Shown: one piece after another, positions 55,192 to 64,000 of the stretch
Layout of the letters: every line of letters starts with the position of its first letter
Numbering within the stretch: position 1 is the first letter of the stretch
From: an uncultured Nitrososphaerota archaeon
Lineage (GTDB): Archaea; Thermoproteota; Nitrososphaeria; Nitrososphaerales; Nitrosopumilaceae
Reading direction: 5' to 3'
Length of the DNA stretch: 64,000 bases
NCBI GenBank assembly: GCA_963701075.1
Contig: OY969559.1
Location: 1,664,001 to 1,728,000, forward strand
Position numbers and translations under genes: made by a program
The notes under the pieces: model-generated
What the model was told of the DNA's origin: nothing
Seen by the model: the letters and a program-made list of their open reading frames with translations, nothing else
Database searches by the model: none

Positions 55192-56052
55192 ATGCCTGCA
55201 TCAACAGACAGTAGTCCGGAAGACATACTAAAAGCAGAACAACAGTTTTCCAAACCACACCGTAAAACTCTACGTAAGGAGTTCTACACTCTTGCGATAA
55301 AATTCATTGTGGTATCAGTAGGTTCATGGATTTCTCTTCACCTGTTTGAATTATTTGTGGCACCGTCGCTTGGTGTCACACACACTCACATTCAGATTGT
55401 AAGTGTCATAGCCATAGTAATCATATCATTTGCCGTAATCAAAGCAACAAGACGTCTGCTTAAGGAATTTGCAAGAAAAACGCACCCACAGTTTTCTGCC
55501 AGCTTGTCATTTTTTATAATAATATTTGTCTCCCTTATTGCAAGTTTTGCCATTTTGCATCAATTAAACGTCAACCCACAAGAGATCCTAATCAGTGGGG
55601 GTGTAGCTGCAATCATTTTAGGTATCGGAGTATCCACCATCATAGGAAACATACTTTCAGGCGGATTGATACTTACAACTTATCCTGCCAAGATTGGAGA
55701 TACCATTCATGTTGTAGGTGACAACATTCGAGGAAAGATTGACGAGATCAACATGTTTTACACAAAAATACAGACTGATGAAGGCAAAGAATACATCATA
55801 CCAAACAACGCAATAATACAAGGCAACGTCAGAATACTAAAGGACATTCCAATTACAGAACAGTTGCCCTATTCTGAAGGCGACGTAGTAGAGATAACAG
55901 GTTCACTTGAAAAATATATTGGAACAGTAATCAGAATCACATCAAAATTTACTACAATCCTAAATGACGAGCGAACCAAAGAATACATCTTGGCAAACAG
56001 CATGGTTTTGCAAGGCAATTTTACCATAGTAAAACATAGGACAAAATCCTAA
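55192..56052 (+). CDS. MscS small-conductance mechanosensitive channel
   Basis: GNILSG, KIGDTI, GKIDEINMFYT, IPN. Confidence 0.85.
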   Translation: MPASTDSSPEDILKAEQQFSKPHRKTLRKEFYTLAIKFIVVSVGSWISLHLFELFVAPSLGVTHTHIQIVSVIAIVIISFAVIKATRRLLKEFARKTHPQFSASLSFFIIIFVSLIASFAILHQLNVNPQEILISGGVAAIILGIGVSTIIGNILSGGLILTTYPAKIGDTIHVVGDNIRGKIDEINMFYTKIQTDEGKEYIIPNNAIIQGNVRILKDIPITEQLPYSEGDVVEITGSLEKYIGTVIRITSKFTTILNDERTKEYILANSMVLQGNFTIVKHRTKS

Positions 56053-56054
56053 GA

Positions 56055-56411
56055 TTAATTGCTGCCACCGTTGACTTTAATCTGAGCCATGTTGCGCTGC
56101 TCAACATACATCTGTACCCTAGTATCTGAACAAAACGGATAGGTTTGCTCCTGGCCCTTGTTTTGCTGACAGAATTCCGATATCTGCAACATTTCTTGGT
56201 CACAATCAGATGTGGGGTTTGATACACACGAGTCGATATCGCTTGCAATTGTGCTTATCGTATCAGGAGATTGCATACTAGAAGAAAACTGCGAGTTTCC
56301 CTGATCACTTGACGGTTGATTGAAAAGTGGAAACCCAATGAAGATGAAGAAAAAAGCTGACGATATAGCGAGTATGACTCCAGTGATAATTCCTCCCTTT
56401 TTGTTCATCAA
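56055..56411 (-). CDS. membrane-anchored Cys-containing secreted protein
   Basis: TM plus four Cys. Confidence 0.6.
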   Translation of the reverse strand: MMNKKGGIITGVILAISSAFFFIFIGFPLFNQPSSDQGNSQFSSSMQSPDTISTIASDIDSCVSNPTSDCDQEMLQISEFCQQNKGQEQTYPFCSDTRVQMYVEQRNMAQIKVNGGSN

Positions 56412-56449
56412 ATTTGTTTTATCTCCTCCAAATTATAACCGATGTGGAA

Positions 56450-56872
56450 CTAGGTTACTGTTATCTTCATGGTAAGAGGCGATGACAAGGCATCAGGATT
56501 GCTTATCCCTGACCAAACATAAATCTGCGCGGTATAATTTCCAGGTACTGTCGGCGTCCAAGATTGCGACGGGTTAAGTGTCTGTCCAGCACTTAGTGTT
56601 CCTGTAATCCATGAAAGCTGAACTGCAACTCCATTCTTGTCTATCACTTGAACGATATACGCAAATGGTTGGTCTGTGTTAAGGCCACTTGTTAGATCGG
56701 CTGTAATTTGCACTTGCTTATTTGTAGGAACTGTCCAGACCCCGTTTTGCAGGCTGGCTGACACTCCAGAAAGCTGTGAATGTGCCAAGGGTATTGTCGA
56801 GGATAGGGCAAATAGAATCATGACTGAGAAGGCAATCCATCTTTTCATTAGATTACTTTTCTCTAGTCCCAT
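56450..56872 (-). CDS. secreted Ig-like thaumarchaeal protein
   Basis: QPFAYIVQV..LSWITG..SWTP..GNY..IYVW. Confidence 0.75.
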   Translation of the reverse strand: MGLEKSNLMKRWIAFSVMILFALSSTIPLAHSQLSGVSASLQNGVWTVPTNKQVQITADLTSGLNTDQPFAYIVQVIDKNGVAVQLSWITGTLSAGQTLNPSQSWTPTVPGNYTAQIYVWSGISNPDALSSPLTMKITVT

Positions 56873-56896
56873 TTTTTAGCGTTTGTTATTTTGTGA

Positions 56897-57379
56897 CTAG
56901 TTCTTTCTTCGTTTGATTGAGAGGGTTTTCTGTACTTCGTTAATACTGCTCAGAAACTTTTGCTTTGCCTCATACTCGTCTGTTACCTTGATCAAAATCT
57001 CAGTAGGAGAAAACATGACGTCTTTTACAAGTATGGGCAAGCTCAATCCCAAAAGCTCGCTTAGTATGTCAAATATGTTTCTAAACGTGGAACCGCCTTT
57101 GTACTTGAAAAGAGTGTTACCATCTGCAATCTTTGGATTTGGTTCCAGTGGAATCACAAGTTCTTGCGATGTGAATTCGGTGATAAATGTAGAAATGTCT
57201 TCGTTTATCTTAGTTGTTAGAGTTTCCTTTTCTCCCATGAGCTTTTCCTTTGCAGATTCCAACTCTTTTGTGGAATCGTTGTATTGCTCACCTATCATCT
57301 TTGCAAAATTTGATTCAGTTGATATTTTGAGTGGAATTTCATGAATTCTAAAATTTATTGCAGATAGACTCGGTTTCAA
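56897..57379 (-). CDS. hypothetical protein with coiled coil, downstream of tubulin
   Basis: 160 aa; heptad segment KELESAKEKLMGEKETLTTKI. Confidence 0.7.
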   Translation of the reverse strand: MKPSLSAINFRIHEIPLKISTESNFAKMIGEQYNDSTKELESAKEKLMGEKETLTTKINEDISTFITEFTSQELVIPLEPNPKIADGNTLFKYKGGSTFRNIFDILSELLGLSLPILVKDVMFSPTEILIKVTDEYEAKQKFLSSINEVQKTLSIKRRKN

Positions 57380-57451
57380 CGTCAGTTAGTCGCTGTCTAT
57401 TTTTCTTAATTTGGGTTGCAACTTGTTCCAAGAAATTAAAGTCTGCCATAC

Positions 57452-58847
57452 CTAAGCACTAAACTGATGAACGACGTCCATTAGGCTTTGTTTGAACTCT
57501 TCATTTGTTAGTCCCCATTTGCCATATTCTTCCTTGTAACTATCCCAGGAGGCTTCTGCCTCGCTTGCAATTTCCAAAATCTTGGGCCCAATTGCCTTTG
57601 TGTTTACAAGTATTGTGACATTAGCTTGCTCTGTCTCCAGTATAGGAATCTTGACAAATATCATTCTAGAGTCTTCAATATGGAACCTGTCCTTTATCAT
57701 GTTCTTTAGGATCTCTCTTTCTTTTACATCAAATTCTCCTTTGATTTTGACTAGTGCGACACAAGAATCGCGTTGTCCTCCCTTATCTCTGATATCATTT
57801 TCGTCGATATCAAACAATACTGCATCATCTTTTTTGTGAATGTGATCTGTAATTGCATCCATGGTATTTCCCTTGCCTGCAGACATCAAGTCATTTCCCC
57901 ATTGCTTTTCCTCTGGGACAACTGGAATCACCCATGGTACTGCAAATCTTGGCATCTTTGTTGCAAGCCATGTCCTATAGTTTGACATGTCCCACTCGGT
58001 CTCTCTTGCAAATGATGCAATAAACATGGACATTGCGTTTGCGGCAATCAGGTTCATGCCTTTGTAATCCTTCCAGCCTATTTCATGTTCTTTTGGAAGA
58101 TCATCAATGATTGACTGTATTTTTTCAATTTTTTTCTCATTTTTGTGAGCAACCTCCCTTAGTCTCTTGTTTGAGAACAGGATCGCGCAATCACTGTACT
58201 TTATCTGGTATTCAAGATTCATCACTATGTTGATTGCAGCTGCCTCAAAAATCACCGGGTCCCATCCAAATTCTGGCAAAAGTCCAAACGATGCTATTGT
58301 TGCATGTTCCTTGGAATCCTTCTTTATGTATTCCATAAATGCACTGGCAAATGAACTCCCAGTTCCTCCGCCCATTGCAAAAGGTATTGTAAAGCCCCTG
58401 ACAGGTTCAGGCGATAGCCCTGACAGTTGTTTTTGCAAATCATACTTTTGAGTTACATCAACAGTAAACCTGCTTCTTCCTTCAGCCCAGTTTCTTGCAG
58501 CACCACCTGCTCCATGGATTACATGTTTATCGCGAAGTGCAAACAGATCAGGATATGATTGCAGTATCAGATTCAGCTGCCCTTGGGTCCAAATCAACCA
58601 ACAAGGCCCTTGGAATCAGCGGAATATCATGTCCTCCATAAGAAGTTGGAAATCGTAAAATTGTGCTGCCGTATCTTTTCAAAACACGAGACTCATCTTT
58701 TTCTCCTTTTAATGTAGGCTTGAGAGGATCAGCCCCTACATCAATCAATAATCTTCTGTATGCCTCTGCACCCAAACCTATTCCGCAATGACCAAAACAT
58801 GTCATCAATACTGGCGCTGGTGGTAGCGGGGCATTAAGATTTGACAA
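57452..58847 (-). CDS. eukaryote-like tubulin (artubulin-type); 1-nt frameshift at about 58574
   Basis: FGHCGIGLG (T1), PRALLVDLDP, GAGGAARNWAEG (T3), AMGGGTGS (T4), FSN (T6); about 464 aa when joined. Confidence 0.85.
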
Positions 58848-59027
58848 TACTAATCATCATACTACAGAGAACTGCTCACTTTAATCGGATAGTGTAAGAT
58901 TGTAAAGTCGATACTTGATTGTTATAGACATGCAAATAAGGTCAGTACGCTTGAATGCATCACACGTATGACAAATAATTCTTTTTTAAATTTAAAAATT
59001 AAGAAAAAATCATTCTTTTGAAAAAAT

Positions 59028-59330
59028 TTAGAATCCAGTTATGGCTTTTTTCAGGTCTCTGAATTCATCTATTGTTATTTTTCCTTCTGCAAGCCTTATC
59101 CTGAGAAGTTCTATCGGGGTATCGGCTTTTACCTCTTCTGGGACTTTTGACTTGATTTCGGTATTATTTTCCTGCGATTCCCCTGAAATTAGACTTTGAA
59201 TGTACTTGTAATCAGACATGTAGACGGGGTTTTTCTGTTTTATTGAATCCAATATTTCACGCAGTCTCTTTGTGTCTCCCTTGCCAGAGGCAAGAAGAGT
59301 TTTCACGTCTTTTAGCAAGTCTTCGGACAT
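59028..59330 (-). CDS. GDxxRL domain plus SHOCT domain protein
   Basis: KGDTKRLREIL; LRIRLAEGKITIDEF. Confidence 0.75.
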   Translation of the reverse strand: MSEDLLKDVKTLLASGKGDTKRLREILDSIKQKNPVYMSDYKYIQSLISGESQENNTEIKSKVPEEVKADTPIELLRIRLAEGKITIDEFRDLKKAITGF

Positions 59331-59333
59331 GTA

Positions 59334-60146
59334 TTACTTCACAACTGCTTTGAATCGTAGATCATCTTTTAGTCTATTAAATACCGAGTCCTTGACTGCC
59401 CATCCCTTTATCGTCTTTCCATAGTACAGTATTGCCTGCGCAAGCAATTCAAGTGCCTCACGGTCCTCTCCAAGTTCGGCCTTGCTTCTTGCCTTAGAAT
59501 AAATTACTGTGCCATTTTTTGGGTTGTCTTTTAGGACTTTATCAAACAGTACAATCGCATCTTGGTGTTTGCCAAGCTCTGCAAGACTTGTGGCCTTGTA
59601 AAACAAGGCTTCAAAATTTTCTGGTTCTTTTTCTATCACCTTGTCAAAACACAATAATGCGTCGCTGTGTTTCTTCTGTTTTCCAAGTACAAGACCCTTA
59701 AAATAAGTGGCAGAAACATTTTCAGGTTCAATAGACAAAGACTTGTTAAAACATAGAAGGGCTTCATCGTACTTTCCAACTCCAATTTCTGCAATGCCCT
59801 TGTTGTATAGAACTGGCACGTAAGTTGGATCCACTTTCAATGCCTTTTCGTATAGGTTTATCGCTCGTTCAAATTGCTGTTGTTCAGCATATGAATTTCC
59901 CAGATTGTTCAAAGCCAATACATGGTTTGGGTCTTTCTCAAGTATTTTTTCAAAACATGCAACTGCATCTTTGCTTTTCTTTAACTGAATAAGAGACATT
60001 CCTTTGTTGTATAATGCATCCACATTTTTCGGATCGCCCTTTAGAACCTTGTCAAAAAAAGATATGGCATTCTTATGCTTGCCTAGTTTGGCATAGCTCT
60101 TGCCTTCTGATACCATTCCAATAGACTCACTTTGATTTTGTGTCAA
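59334..60146 (-). CDS. tetratricopeptide repeat protein
   Basis: About 7 TPR repeats (ALYNKG..A..CF.K.L..DP). Confidence 0.9.
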   Translation of the reverse strand: MTQNQSESIGMVSEGKSYAKLGKHKNAISFFDKVLKGDPKNVDALYNKGMSLIQLKKSKDAVACFEKILEKDPNHVLALNNLGNSYAEQQQFERAINLYEKALKVDPTYVPVLYNKGIAEIGVGKYDEALLCFNKSLSIEPENVSATYFKGLVLGKQKKHSDALLCFDKVIEKEPENFEALFYKATSLAELGKHQDAIVLFDKVLKDNPKNGTVIYSKARSKAELGEDREALELLAQAILYYGKTIKGWAVKDSVFNRLKDDLRFKAVVK

Positions 60147-60223
60147 TTTGATACTATGATTAGTATTGATAGATTATTTGGTGATTTAAGTTTACAGCAA
60201 ATTCTTCATGATGGTATAATGAT

Positions 60224-61516
60224 TTATTGAGGTACAGTACTTTGAGGAAATGCTTTCTTGATGTACCTTGATAGCAACGGATACTGGACTATCAAAGACG
60301 AGAGAACTACTCCGAATGTTATGGGCTCCAAGATGTCCTTGAAATTGCTGTCTGGAAGAGTTGCTACAAGTGCAACAGACAGAGCGCCCCTCATTCCACC
60401 TAGCATTACCACATGTCTCCATGCATGTGGCCATTTTTCATGTGTAAATCTATTGGTTGCAGCAAGTATGGGATATGTAGATGCAGCTCGTGCTGCCAAT
60501 ACCGCACCAAATGCCATTGCAATCAATGGCAGGTTCTTGCCCAAGTCATGAACATCCATACTTAGTCCAAGATACAAAAAGGCTACCGAGTTTGCAAAAA
60601 AGGCAATCATCTCCCAAAAGTGCGAACTGTACATTAGTGTTTTTTCGCTCATTATTCCCTTTCCCTTCATAACTAAATTACCAAAATACAATCCAGCGGC
60701 AGCTGCTGCAACTAGACCAGAAAGTTGCAGTGCGTTTGCAACAACCACAGAACCAAACAAGACAGCAACAGAAAGAGCAGTCTCTGCAAGCGGCTCATCC
60801 ATGAGTTTGAAAAGGAATCTGGCACCCAGTGCAAATCCAAGACCTACAGCTATTCCACCAAAAAATACAATAGCAAAGTGTACCACCTGTTCTGGAATAT
60901 TGACATTTATCTGTCCAATAGTCTCAGGCGATGTCAGTGCAGAGCCTTGAGCTGCAGCTATTGCAATAATAGAAGAAAAGACGATAAGACCTGCAGCATC
61001 ATTAAAGCTGGCTTCTGATTCCATAAGCATTGTCAGCGGTCTTGGGACCTTGACTTGTTTGAATACTTGAATTACAATGGCTGCATCTGTAGGTGCAATT
61101 AGTGCTGCAAATGCGAACGCAACAATAATTGGCAAGCCTGCAACATATGAGAGCAGGAACCCGCCTACTAGGGTAGCAAGAACCACACCAAGAGTTGCAA
61201 GCAGTAAGGATGAAATTCGTATTGCCTTGAATTGTTCACGATCTATTTTCATCATGGCTTCGTAGATTAGAGGCGGGACGATAAAATACAGGATTAGTTT
61301 TGGGTCAACGTGGAACGTGGAAGTATTAAAAATGCCAAATCCTGATGTGTGTACAAGTGATACTGCTATTCCTATTCCTACCAGAACCATGGTATATGGC
61401 AACCTGATCTTTTTTGCAAGTAATGAGGCAAGGAAGATCATACCAAGAAATATGGGAATAATCCATTCTGTTCTAAGCAATGTGCCTATGCTTACGTCAG
61501 CCATCCCTACTTTCAA
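60224..61516 (-). CDS. nhaP: CPA1/NhaP Na+/H+ antiporter
   Basis: PPLIYEA, APTDA, ESEASFNDA, GMRGALS. Confidence 0.9.
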   Translation of the reverse strand: MKVGMADVSIGTLLRTEWIIPIFLGMIFLASLLAKKIRLPYTMVLVGIGIAVSLVHTSGFGIFNTSTFHVDPKLILYFIVPPLIYEAMMKIDREQFKAIRISSLLLATLGVVLATLVGGFLLSYVAGLPIIVAFAFAALIAPTDAAIVIQVFKQVKVPRPLTMLMESEASFNDAAGLIVFSSIIAIAAAQGSALTSPETIGQINVNIPEQVVHFAIVFFGGIAVGLGFALGARFLFKLMDEPLAETALSVAVLFGSVVVANALQLSGLVAAAAAGLYFGNLVMKGKGIMSEKTLMYSSHFWEMIAFFANSVAFLYLGLSMDVHDLGKNLPLIAMAFGAVLAARAASTYPILAATNRFTHEKWPHAWRHVVMLGGMRGALSVALVATLPDSNFKDILEPITFGVVLSSLIVQYPLLSRYIKKAFPQSTVPQ

Positions 61517-61590
61517 GGTAACAAATTATAAAAACAGTTCCAAAATGTCGTATAATCTCTTTTTATTTTTCTTTTTTTCGAATTTTGGTG

Positions 61591-61776
61591 TTATCGTTTT
61601 TTCTTCAGCTGTCGAAATCCCAAGAAGATTCCAAGTACGAGATTTATCACTCCAAGTGCAGCAAGAGGAAAACTCGGATTTTTGAAATAAAATATTCCCA
61701 TTGAGAGCCCCCAAGCACCGGCTACAAGAAACATTATCGATATTGCCCTGAGCTTTTGTGGAGATGGATTTGCCAT
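61591..61776 (-). CDS. small 2-TM protein
   Basis: Two hydrophobic helices and a basic tail. Confidence 0.55.
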   Translation of the reverse strand: MANPSPQKLRAISIMFLVAGAWGLSMGIFYFKNPSFPLAALGVINLVLGIFLGFRQLKKKR

Positions 61777-61831
61777 TAGCTTTTGCTGACTTTGACACTA
61801 TTAAAGCATTGAGAATTTTATTTCAGAAAAG

Positions 61832-64000
61832 CTATTGCCCAAATTCTTTTCGTACATTTTTGAGAAACTTTGCATGGATTCTGATCCTTTCAAGACTCTG
61901 AGCAAGTTTCATTTCAGTTCCTGGAACATGGTGTTTTACAAAAAAGATACGAACTTCTTTTTCACGTTCCATGTCTGCCATAACAGATACGCTTCCAATT
62001 ATCCTGTTAAGTAATGGATTACCTACACCAAATTTCTTGACAAGACTTTTCCAGTTCTTTTTAATCCATGGCCATACCAACTCTTTTCCATATGGATTTG
62101 CAACCATCCTTGCAACTGGCATAAAGAGATTCTGCGTCCTTACATCCTTTGATAATGTAAAGGCCAGAGTCTTGACAAGCAGTCGTTCTTCCTTAAAGTT
62201 TGAAAGTGAGCCAAGAAATCTTATCTTCTCTTCCTGTGTGGGCGCCTTGCGGTACAGGCCAACCATTTGTTGATACGTGCCAGGGTTTCCGTCCCATGCA
62301 ACAGTAGAGTATACTGCGCTTCTCAGATCTGGATTTAGCGAGCCTGATCTGAGAGTGTTTGAAAATCTAGACTGGGCCTCTTCCGTTATTTCTTTATCAT
62401 CTAGTTTTGCAAGGGAGCTTATCAGTCCGCTTCTCAATAGTGCATATGTAGGCTTTTCACCCTTGATTTTATCCCAGCCTATCCTTTGGAATACAACATT
62501 CATGAAATATCGATTGAATTCTTTTATCTCATCCCAGAACTTTTCCCCTGAGAGTAAGACATACAAAAAGTTCAGAAATCCAATGATGTCAGATAACACA
62601 ACATAGTCATCTTCTTCTTCGTAATGCCTTACAAAGTCCAGATAGTGCTTGAGAGGGTACTGGTTTGATAGCACCAGGGCAGTCAAGTCATGATGGATGC
62701 TCCAGCGGTCAAGATTTGATATCCTCTTTTCTTCTACTAGCTTTCCTAGTTCATCTAGCACAGCCTCATTGTATCTTACCCTGTAGAATCCCTTCTGGCC
62801 ATCATTTACCTTGAACCATCTGCCAGTATATGGCATAGTGACAGGTCCACGCATCATCTTTGTTACCACTTTATCTTCCATCCTAATTGAGATTGGAATC
62901 ATCCAGTTTCCTGGACGTGACTTGCCGTCATTTTCAAGCAAAAACCTCTTTTGCGATAATTTTATTTTTGAATCAACTGCTGTTGCCTCAATTATAGGAT
63001 ATCCAATCTGCCTTACCCATGTGTTCATCAACTGGCGCACAGGTTTTCTTGATGTAGCGCCCAGAGAATTCCAGAGATCTTCTGTTGTGGCATTAGAGTA
63101 TGCATGTTTTTTGAGATAGCTATGCATTCCCTTTTGGAAATTTTCAGGTCCAATGAAATTCTCTAGCATCATGAGAACGCTTCCTCCCTTATTGTAGCTA
63201 ATCTCGTCAAATATCTGCCGAACCTCTGCAGGACTTTTTACATCAACATCTATTGGATGAGAAGATTTTAGCGAGTCAAGACTTAGCCCTCCTGTCATCT
63301 CCGATATTAGGAATTGGTCCCAGAAATCCCATTCCGGATAAATCTTGTCTACTGCTTTTGTTGCCATAAAAGTAGCAAAGCTTTCGTTAAGCCAGAGATC
63401 GTTCCACCACTTCATGGTAACAAGATTGCCAAACCACTGGTGTGCAATCTCGTGCGCTATTACTTCAGCAATGTGTTGCATTGTATCAGTGGATGATGTC
63501 TTTGGATCATACAATAGTACGGTTTCCCTAAATGTGATTGCCCCCCAATTCTCCATTGCGCCAGAGGCAAAGTCTGGAATTGCTATCATGTCAAGCTTTG
63601 GTAACGGATATGAAATCTTGAAATATTTTTGGAAATATGACAGGAATTGTTTTGTAAATACAAGGGCCATCTTGCCTTGTTCTTTCTTTCCCTTGGTTGT
63701 GACAATTCTAACAAGGGTCTTGCCCAGCTTGCCTTGCAAGAACTCAAACTCTCCCACTGCAAGATACAGAAGATAGGTAGACATTACAGGGGTTGTGTTA
63801 AATCGAAATGATGTTTTTTTGCCAAGTTTCTTCTTTGATACAACAGGCATGTTTGAGAGAGCAGTTAGGTTATTGTCCACTATGAGCGATACATCAAATG
63901 TCGCCTTGGCTTCTGGCTCGTCCCAGCACGGAAACGCGCGCCTTGCATCTGCTGCCTCAAATTGGGTAGTTGCAAGGTGTTTTTCTTTTCCCTTGTACTC
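61832..64000 (-). CDS. M1-family aminopeptidase (5' end beyond window)
   Basis: ATTQFE..ARRAFPCWDEP, GAMENWG, HEIAH-x18-E, ERAP1-like C-terminus; frame open to the window edge. Confidence 0.95.
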   Translation of the reverse strand, partial: EYKGKEKHLATTQFEAADARRAFPCWDEPEAKATFDVSLIVDNNLTALSNMPVVSKKKLGKKTSFRFNTTPVMSTYLLYLAVGEFEFLQGKLGKTLVRIVTTKGKKEQGKMALVFTKQFLSYFQKYFKISYPLPKLDMIAIPDFASGAMENWGAITFRETVLLYDPKTSSTDTMQHIAEVIAHEIAHQWFGNLVTMKWWNDLWLNESFATFMATKAVDKIYPEWDFWDQFLISEMTGGLSLDSLKSSHPIDVDVKSPAEVRQIFDEISYNKGGSVLMMLENFIGPENFQKGMHSYLKKHAYSNATTEDLWNSLGATSRKPVRQLMNTWVRQIGYPIIEATAVDSKIKLSQKRFLLENDGKSRPGNWMIPISIRMEDKVVTKMMRGPVTMPYTGRWFKVNDGQKGFYRVRYNEAVLDELGKLVEEKRISNLDRWSIHHDLTALVLSNQYPLKHYLDFVRHYEEEDDYVVLSDIIGFLNFLYVLLSGEKFWDEIKEFNRYFMNVVFQRIGWDKIKGEKPTYALLRSGLISSLAKLDDKEITEEAQSRFSNTLRSGSLNPDLRSAVYSTVAWDGNPGTYQQMVGLYRKAPTQEEKIRFLGSLSNFKEERLLVKTLAFTLSKDVRTQNLFMPVARMVANPYGKELVWPWIKKNWKSLVKKFGVGNPLLNRIIGSVSVMADMEREKEVRIFFVKHHVPGTEMKLAQSLERIRIHAKFLKNVRKEFGQ

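Overview
64 kb of chromosome from an ammonia-oxidising archaeon (Nitrososphaerota/Thaumarchaeota, most like Nitrosotalea). The assignment rests on the archaeal 16S-23S operon with no spacer tRNA, PEFG-CTERM proteins, thaumarchaeal surface repeats, and a P3A H+-ATPase plus NhaP antiporter. Main contents: (i) a minus-strand rRNA operon whose 23S carries a 334-nt ORF-less group I intron at L1931; the 23S 3' end and trailer are duplicated about 940 bp downstream around a GNAT/RHH gene pair; (ii) a six-gene Hyf-like/Ehr membrane complex whose large subunit lacks the NiFe cysteines, with a divergent regulator and repeated 10-bp boxes; (iii) a roughly 7.5-kb island of small secreted, membrane and metal-binding genes organised by six copies of a 28-bp palindrome (CTACCATT-N12-AATGGTAG), containing two wHTH regulators and a small membrane partner; (iv) a tnpB-only element bounded by 23-24-bp IS6-like terminal inverted repeats; (v) a eukaryote-like tubulin (artubulin-type) gene; (vi) stress and pH genes (SOD, DpsL-Rieske, USP, NRAMP, MscS). 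Several frameshifts sit at AGCT or in homopolymers and look like long-read errors, so most split genes are probably intact. All functional calls come from motif recognition by eye, not database searches.
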